Sequence record: NC_054905.1
Length of the DNA stretch: 64,000 bases
Source of the DNA: Enterobacteria phage Kha5h
Reading direction: 5' to 3' (one strand)
Of the stretch, positions 57,633 through 64,000 are shown in pieces. Numbering within the stretch: position 1 is the stretch's first letter; each line of letters opens with the position of its first letter. Position numbers and translations under genes: made by a program. Under the pieces are notes generated by a model. It searched no databases, was not told the origin of the DNA, and worked only from the letters and a program-made list of their open reading frames with translations.

Positions 57633-57809
57633 TTATGCTTTCTGCTTACCAAAACGAGAAGCATCATCTCGAAGAACCGCACGTGCTCGGCGCATGATCT
57701 TCTCAACAGTTTGATTGATACGAGAGTTCGACCCACGCTTGTAGCCAGCGCGTTTAGAATCACCAACTTTCTTTTCAACTGCTTTCTTTGCTTTAACTTG
57801 TTTTGCCAT
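57633..57809 (-). CDS. small highly basic protein (position of T4 30.9)
   Basis: Track ORF trimmed to ATG MAKQVKAKKAVEKKVGDSKRAGYKRG...; strong terminator 5 nt downstream. Confidence 0.5.
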   Translation of the reverse strand: MAKQVKAKKAVEKKVGDSKRAGYKRGSNSRINQTVEKIMRRARAVLRDDASRFGKQKA

Positions 57810-58054
57810 TATAAATTCTCTTTTAAATGAAAATGCAGGACTTATTGGCATTGCCTGCGCAAGCCCTCAAGGGGAACATAGGTTTTTGGATATTTAACGA
57901 CCAGGATAACCATAAACCCGTCATCATTCACATTCAAGAGGTACACCGTAAAACTGCCGGGGTCTTAAAACTATAATGATTCGCAAATCATTAATCAGAC
58001 AGTTCGACGGCTCCTCGATTTTAGCTCGCACTAAGGCAGTGAATCTCCAATAAA

Positions 58055-58303
58055 TTACTTCAGTGTTACCACAAAGTGACGAACTGCTTTTCGTGCAGCA
58101 GAAGCCAGAGGCTTAGCATATTTAAGTTCATCTTTTTCCTGAAGCTCAGCAGCTAATGCAGTTTGAGCAGGATTCAGATGTTTGAAATAACGCAGGATTT
58201 CAAGAGCTTCGGCTTCAACATCAATAGATGCGCCATAGTTTTCGTGACCATTATTCCATGCGTTTCGTTGCAGTTCAAGAGCGTGTTGTAATTGTTTAAT
58301 CAT
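58055..58303 (-). CDS. rIII: RIII lysis-inhibition accessory protein
   Basis: 82 aa MIKQLQHALELQRNAWNNGHENYG... Confidence 0.85.
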   Translation of the reverse strand: MIKQLQHALELQRNAWNNGHENYGASIDVEAEALEILRYFKHLNPAQTALAAELQEKDELKYAKPLASAARKAVRHFVVTLK

Positions 58304-58442
58304 TTAAAAATTCTCGTTAGAGATTAAAACTCGGTAGTCACGTTCTTCTGAATTTCATCTTCTTTCGACAGATCTCTCAGTTGTAGACTACCACATAGAA
58401 TTGTTCGGTTAACTTATTATTCCGACACCCAATTCATATTAT

Positions 58443-58450
58443 TATTTATA
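58443..58450 (-). promoter_or_regulatory. late promoter box (minus strand) downstream of gene 31, upstream of rIII
   Basis: Plus-strand TATTTATA immediately 3' of the gene 31 stop, about 140 nt upstream of the rIII ATG. Confidence 0.4.
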
Positions 58451-58786
58451 TCACTTATAAAGACACGGAATAGCTTTATAGTGACAGGTAACGAATTTTT
58501 GCTTAATTTCTTTTGGCTGCTTAAGACCCAGAGCTACAAAAGGATGTGGAACGTTTCGAATTTGACCAACTGGAAGAGAAGTCAAATCACCAACTTCGCA
58601 GAAACCTTCAGGAACATCAGGACCGACAGAGTGAACTACACACAGTTCAGGAACTTCACCTTGAACACGTTTACCGATGATAAGTCCTGATTCTGTAACT
58701 TCTTCATCACCGGCTTGTGCAGGTTCAGAAACTAAAATAACATATTCACCGACAGCACGAATTGGTAGCTGTTGTACTTCAGACAT
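58451..58786 (-). CDS. 31: gp31 co-chaperonin (GroES analogue for capsid folding)
   Basis: 111 aa [29 protein letters not shown]... Confidence 0.93.
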
Positions 58787-58816
58787 CGTTTTTCCTTTTT
58801 GTTAACAGATGAATTA

Positions 58817-58841
58817 ATAATAACAAATAATTCTTAAAGCA
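58817..58841 (-). promoter_or_regulatory. candidate MotA-type middle promoter for gene 31
   Basis: Minus strand reads ATGCTTTAA, 12 nt, TATTAT, upstream of AAGGAAA and the gene 31 ATG. Confidence 0.35.
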
Positions 58842-58842
58842 T

Positions 58843-59151
58843 TTATTTACCAATAAATTGGAGTAAATGCTCAACTTTCATACCATTAACAGAAATCAAT
58901 TTGTCAATAGAAAAACCTCGCCATGCACCAAGCTCAACATCAAATACTGGAATCATGTCAGTAGATTCTTTCCGAGTAGATTCAGTCAATTTACCAGTTT
59001 GCATGGTTGGCATAAAGTCTGCATCACGAGTACCTTTCATAGTACGAATAGTACCATCAGACTTTTCAAAAACTACGTTTGAAACACCCATGGACAATTT
59101 AGTTTTCAAAATTTCACGAATTGCTACTTTCTGCTCAGTTGTCAGTTTCAT
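58843..59151 (-). CDS. hypothetical protein (position of T4 31.1)
   Basis: 102 aa track ORF. Confidence 0.5.
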   Translation of the reverse strand: MKLTTEQKVAIREILKTKLSMGVSNVVFEKSDGTIRTMKGTRDADFMPTMQTGKLTESTRKESTDMIPVFDVELGAWRGFSIDKLISVNGMKVEHLLQFIGK

Positions 59152-59388
59152 TTATTTACCTATTACAGTTTTAATATGAGTTGTTCCACGTTCTTTAAGG
59201 GTGGAAAGTAATTTTTGGCATTTTTCTAAATCAGATTTCCAACTATATGGTCTATCAATACTAGTCCAATCAGTTTTATAATACTGTTTCCATTTAGAGA
59301 AAAAATATTTCTTATACTCTACAGCAAATGAGATGTTCTCATTAGAATAAGAACTAATTGCTGTGAGCTTTACCAAACGAAATTTCAT
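59152..59388 (-). CDS. hypothetical protein (position of T4 31.2)
   Basis: 78 aa track ORF. Confidence 0.45.
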   Translation of the reverse strand: MKFRLVKLTAISSYSNENISFAVEYKKYFFSKWKQYYKTDWTSIDRPYSWKSDLEKCQKLLSTLKERGTTHIKTVIGK

Positions 59389-59969
59389 TATTCACCACAG
59401 AATTCGTTGATATTTTCCCAGTTTAACTTATTCAAGTTTTTCTTAGGAACATTAAACACTTCAATACCTGCATTTCGCAGAATATCATCCCAACCAGGTT
59501 TATTTTTATCGTATGTTTCACAATAAACTAGCTTTTTAATACCAGATTGAGCTATCGCTTTTGCGCAATCCGGACAAGGAGAAAGTGTTACATACATAGT
59601 AGCACCTTCAATAGAAGAACCATTTCGTGCAGCAAACAAAATTGCATTTAGTTCAGCATGAATTTCATTTTTAGATGACCATTCCGAGTGAGCACTACGA
59701 TGTTCTTTCGCCAAGACAAAACGATCAGTTGAACCAAACGATACACATTCAGGCTTATGACCTTGAATGATAGTATGTTTAGGTTTATTCAACAACCAAC
59801 CTTGCTCAGCAGCATAATCACAGCAGTTCACACCACCAGCAGGTGAACCATTATATCCGGTAGAAATAATACGTCCATTCTTTTCAATTACTGCTCCTAC
59901 TTTCCAGGAGCAACATTTTGATTCTTGTGATACTAAATATGCAATTTGAAGTACTGTACTCGCTTTCAT
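59388..59969 (-). CDS. cd: dCMP deaminase
   Basis: 193 aa; zinc-binding deaminase motifs HAELNAI and SPCPDCAKAI. Confidence 0.93.
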   Translation of the reverse strand: MKASTVLQIAYLVSQESKCCSWKVGAVIEKNGRIISTGYNGSPAGGVNCCDYAAEQGWLLNKPKHTIIQGHKPECVSFGSTDRFVLAKEHRSAHSEWSSKNEIHAELNAILFAARNGSSIEGATMYVTLSPCPDCAKAIAQSGIKKLVYCETYDKNKPGWDDILRNAGIEVFNVPKKNLNKLNWENINEFCGE

Positions 59970-60304
59970 TTCATAATCACCAGATAAGCAGATTTAGCAG
60001 TTTCAACACGATAAATTTCGTGACGAAGTTTAGTTATACTTTTAATAACAGAACTAATTATATTCTGCCCATCTTTAAAGCGGTTTTTCTTATCAATAAA
60101 AATTGCACCAGCCATCTTTTTGTGAAGCTCAACTGGATACTTCGTCACAATAATAGCATCATACACAGAAGGATGAATACTATTCACTAGAGTATCATTC
60201 ATTAAAGTTATTCTAATGAACTGTGCTGTTTCAGAATCAAGCGCTCTATGATCGCCAGTATCATTTTCAAGACAATTATCAATTATATCAGTTAAATTCA
60301 TCAT
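59966..60304 (-). CDS. hypothetical protein (cd.1 position)
   Basis: 112 aa track ORF. Confidence 0.45.
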   Translation of the reverse strand: MMNLTDIIDNCLENDTGDHRALDSETAQFIRITLMNDTLVNSIHPSVYDAIIVTKYPVELHKKMAGAIFIDKKNRFKDGQNIISSVIKSITKLRHEIYRVETAKSAYLVIMK

Positions 60305-60537
60305 AGTACGCCATACACCCTTTGTGCTTCAACTAATCCATCAAAATCCAGTTTAAGATGTGTTATTTGATCACCATCACCTGGATTCACAATTACTAAT
60401 ACTGAACGAGGAGTTTCGGTAATAACACGAACCGATGTTTCTGGAAATCGTTCAGAAACCTTATTTACCAATTCCTGAGCAAATAGTTTAACTTTTTCTT
60501 GGAATTCTTTAACAGTAATTGGTTTTTCACTTAGCAT
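60301..60537 (-). CDS. hypothetical protein (cd.2 position)
   Basis: 78 aa; GAGGAAAA Shine-Dalgarno; early-promoter-like element upstream. Confidence 0.5.
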   Translation of the reverse strand: MLSEKPITVKEFQEKVKLFAQELVNKVSERFPETSVRVITETPRSVLVIVNPGDGDQITHLKLDFDGLVEAQRVYGVL

Positions 60538-60567
60538 TTTGTTTTCCTCATTTGTTTTGGTAGAGCT

Positions 60568-60597
60568 ATAATATCACAACTCTACCGTAAAGTAAAC
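60568..60597 (-). promoter_or_regulatory. early-promoter-like element upstream of the cd.2-position ORF, -10 enclosed by an inverted repeat
   Basis: Minus strand GTTTACT then 17 nt then TATTAT; 7-bp inverted repeat GGTAGAG/CTCTACC (60559-60565, 60580-60586). Confidence 0.45.
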
Positions 60598-60599
60598 TG

Positions 60600-60881
60600 T
60601 TAAATTGCCTTGAATTCTGATGTCTGTGATTCAAAACGAATATCGCCTTTGATGACTAGCTCAGCATCAAGACCAAATACGACAATGATATGCGCGGAAC
60701 CCGGATACAGCGTAATTGCAATAGAATCCACCTGGTCTGGAAGCAAAGTGTTCAATACATGAGTCACTTGAGCATGAATTCGAAGCTCGGCTGCGTTATC
60801 AAGCTTTTCAAACATATTATTAGCGATAATTTGACTAAACACTACTTCTACGATTTTAGAATAAGTCGGAAACATATTCAC
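60600..60881 (-). CDS. hypothetical protein (cd.3 position)
   Basis: 93 aa track ORF. Confidence 0.45.
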   Translation of the reverse strand: MNMFPTYSKIVEVVFSQIIANNMFEKLDNAAELRIHAQVTHVLNTLLPDQVDSIAITLYPGSAHIIVVFGLDAELVIKGDIRFESQTSEFKAI

Positions 60882-61078
60882 CTCACATAATTTTCTTCAA
60901 GCCAATCAATAACATCCAACGCATTATCAAAAGTTGAACCATCTACTTTGTCTTCTGTTTCATAATCAAGAACATCTAAGCCTACTCTTCCATCAACAAT
61001 AGGCCATAAACAAAATAGATATTTCTTTTCTTTTTCAATTTTATCACAAAGACGATAAATCTTTTCTATATTATTCAT
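60878..61078 (-). CDS. hypothetical protein (cd.4 position)
   Basis: 66 aa track ORF. Confidence 0.4.
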   Translation of the reverse strand: MNNIEKIYRLCDKIEKEKKYLFCLWPIVDGRVGLDVLDYETEDKVDGSTFDNALDVIDWLEENYVR

Positions 61079-61267
61079 AAGTTTTCCATGGTAAAGGCAG
61101 TTTAGTTTTCTTTACTGTTAGTTCAATATCAGGATTCTTTTCTCTTAATTTAAGGCATTCCTCCCAAGCTCTGATTTCACTAGTGAATACACAAAATTGC
61201 CCATTACTAGTACCAACTAAACCACTATTTACAATAACAATAGACCAAGTTTCATGATGCCACGCCA

Positions 61268-61268
<1 letters not shown>
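61071..61268 (-). CDS. hypothetical protein (cd.5 position)
   Basis: Track ORF trimmed to ATG MAWHHETW... that overlaps the pseT stop in a TAATG arrangement. Confidence 0.4.
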
Positions 61269-62493
<1,225 letters not shown>

Positions 62494-62496
62494 TTA

Positions 62497-62727
62497 TTAT
62501 TTCTCAACCAATGATTGAATATAATCATGCAGGTCTTTAGATGCTTTACCCCACTTATTTTGGTATTCATTTTTAAGATTAGCCCGAGATTGAGCTAATA
62601 AAACATCATTAGTTGGAGGTAAAGATTCTAACCGTTGAATCTGGCGTCCATAAATCATTGCAGCCATCTCGGATTCATAAATCAATCCTTTGAGATGTTC
62701 AAATTGATGCCATGAAATCATTTGCAT
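62497..62727 (-). CDS. hypothetical protein
   Basis: 76 aa track ORF. Confidence 0.45.
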   Translation of the reverse strand: MQMISWHQFEHLKGLIYESEMAAMIYGRQIQRLESLPPTNDVLLAQSRANLKNEYQNKWGKASKDLHDYIQSLVEK

Positions 62728-63017
62728 TTATCCTCTTTTAACTCTTGACGATAATAACATATCATAGTTTTCTGATCATGTACATATCGTTTTACATCAT
62801 TAAGCCAAATGCGAAATTCCTGGGAATCTTCAAATGGCATACCGACCCAAGCTTTACCATCAATAACTTTAACTTGCCAGGATAGTTTAGCTTCATCGTA
62901 TGACTTTATTTGTACTGGCCAATTAGGATGAACTGTTTCTTTCTTTACTTCTAGAGGCTTTGTCGAACAACCAACTAGAAGACCAATAGATAATATTACT
63001 GCTGATAGTCTAATCAT
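62718..63017 (-). CDS. pseT.2: outer-membrane lipoprotein, o-spanin
   Basis: 99 aa; signal peptide with lipobox LLVGC; 4-nt overlap with the upstream TM/coiled-coil gene. Confidence 0.65.
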   Translation of the reverse strand: MIRLSAVILSIGLLVGCSTKPLEVKKETVHPNWPVQIKSYDEAKLSWQVKVIDGKAWVGMPFEDSQEFRIWLNDVKRYVHDQKTMICYYRQELKEDKCK

Positions 63018-63367
63018 TTAGAAAGGTCCTGGATGTCTTCTGCGAACTTGTTGAAGGAGTTGTTGATTTGTTTTTCAACCAATCCTGGCTTATGAGCCAC
63101 CACATCCGCCTTCTTTGCGTCTTTGCGCAGTTTTTCATTTTCACGCTCAATAGCAGCAATTGCCTCACGATTTTTATTATTCATCGCATCAATATAATTA
63201 TACTGAATTCGCAAATTATTTAATGCTAAAGCGTTTTCATTGGCCGTTTTTGTAATTTCTACAACAGACGTTTCTAATCTTTCAATTTTATTTTTTAAAA
63301 TTAAAGAAGTTCCGCCCAATGCAATTACAATTAATAGCAAGCCTGCTGTCGTATTACTTAATTGCAT
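63014..63367 (-). CDS. pseT.3: inner-membrane i-spanin (N-terminal TM helix plus coiled coil)
   Basis: 117 aa; TM segment GLLLIVIALGGTSLIL followed by a charged coiled-coil region. Confidence 0.65.
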   Translation of the reverse strand: MQLSNTTAGLLLIVIALGGTSLILKNKIERLETSVVEITKTANENALALNNLRIQYNYIDAMNNKNREAIAAIERENEKLRKDAKKADVVAHKPGLVEKQINNSFNKFAEDIQDLSK

Positions 63368-63861
63368 AAAGTTTTAATAACCTCTATAATATCGTCTTGA
63401 GAAAGACCGTTAATTAAAATATGATGTTCAGCCGGAGATTTAGAAATTTTAAAGCATGCCTCAACATCTTCTGCCATATCCGATGCGCTACGATTTGGAT
63501 TACTAATTCCAAGACGATGTTTTCCCGTTAAAGGATTAACGATGATATAGCATTTACAGTTGTTAATATGAACATTAGGTTGAGTCTGATTAATGAACAC
63601 ATCACAATCATATTTCGCAAGCTGATTTTCTAAAAAGACTTTCATCTCCTCAACCGCATCAGGAAGCATATCACGGGCTTGCTCAAGACGACGATTTCGG
63701 TATTCTTTAATGGTCGTTTTCCGCTTGACTTGCTTAGCTAAATCTTTCTTAAGATCGGTGATATATCCAACTCGACGATTTCCTTTGAATACAGAAATCC
63801 CATCTGTAGTATCACCGTATGCTTCAACGACCATTTCAGTAGTAATAAGCTGCAAATCCAT
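63358..63861 (-). CDS. alc: Alc, inhibitor of host transcription elongation
   Basis: MDLQLITTEMVVEAYGDTTDGISVFKG... (167 aa from the second ATG); early-promoter-like cassette upstream. Confidence 0.85.
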   Translation of the reverse strand: MDLQLITTEMVVEAYGDTTDGISVFKGNRRVGYITDLKKDLAKQVKRKTTIKEYRNRRLEQARDMLPDAVEEMKVFLENQLAKYDCDVFINQTQPNVHINNCKCYIIVNPLTGKHRLGISNPNRSASDMAEDVEACFKISKSPAEHHILINGLSQDDIIEVIKTLCN

Positions 63862-63868
63862 CATAAAG

Positions 63869-63922
63869 TCCTCATGTTATGTCAGTAAGACTACTATAAC
63901 ACAACACGAGGGACTTGTAAAC
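63869..63922 (-). repeat. 54-bp repeat copy B (promoter-leader-RBS cassette)
   Basis: 53 of 54 nt identical to 48569-48622; immediately upstream of alc. Confidence 0.75.
63893..63921 (-). promoter_or_regulatory. early-promoter-like element within repeat copy B, upstream of alc
   Basis: Same sequence as 48593-48621 apart from one mismatch in the leader. Confidence 0.45.
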
Positions 63923-64000
63923 AGCTTAGTATCCTTCTGGGATAAATTTTTTATAATTTTTCAAAAAATTCTGTTCGATTTCACACATGACCTTTTCTTG

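Overview
This window is a contiguous piece of a T4-type (Tequatrovirus, Straboviridae) myophage genome, in the same gene order as phage T4. Products were assigned by recognising protein sequences, lengths and motifs from the supplied six-frame track; no database search was possible. Order: an early-gene tail on the minus strand (ipI-like, 57B, 57A, 1, 3, 2, 4); the plus-strand late morphogenesis block 53-5-5.4-6-7-8-9-10-11-12-wac-13-14-15-16-17-18-19-20-67-68-21-22-23-24; a mixed segment (rnlB, hoc, inh, segE, uvsW, uvsY, 25, 26, 51, 27, 28, 29, 48, 54); then a long minus-strand early/middle block (two tandem Alt-family ADP-ribosyltransferases, DNA ligase 30, a HAD phosphatase, a NADAR-like protein, many small ORFs, rIII, 31, cd, pseT, a spanin pair, alc). 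Several track ORFs are over-extended at non-ATG starts and were trimmed to the ATG with a Shine-Dalgarno. Regulatory signals read directly from the sequence: exact T4 late-promoter boxes TATAAATA before late genes, GC-rich tetraloop hairpins between genes, and a family of early-promoter-like cassettes before minus-strand early genes. Promoter, hairpin and repeat coordinates were counted by hand from ORF boundaries and may be off by a base or two. I see no CRISPR array, tRNA, rRNA, intron or transposon. I do not see evidence for a wholly new system; the least characterised and most interesting content is the ADP-ribosylation neighbourhood (tandem Alt paralogs plus NADAR-like and HAD genes), the clusters of small early ORFs, and a few repeat and inverted-repeat structures.
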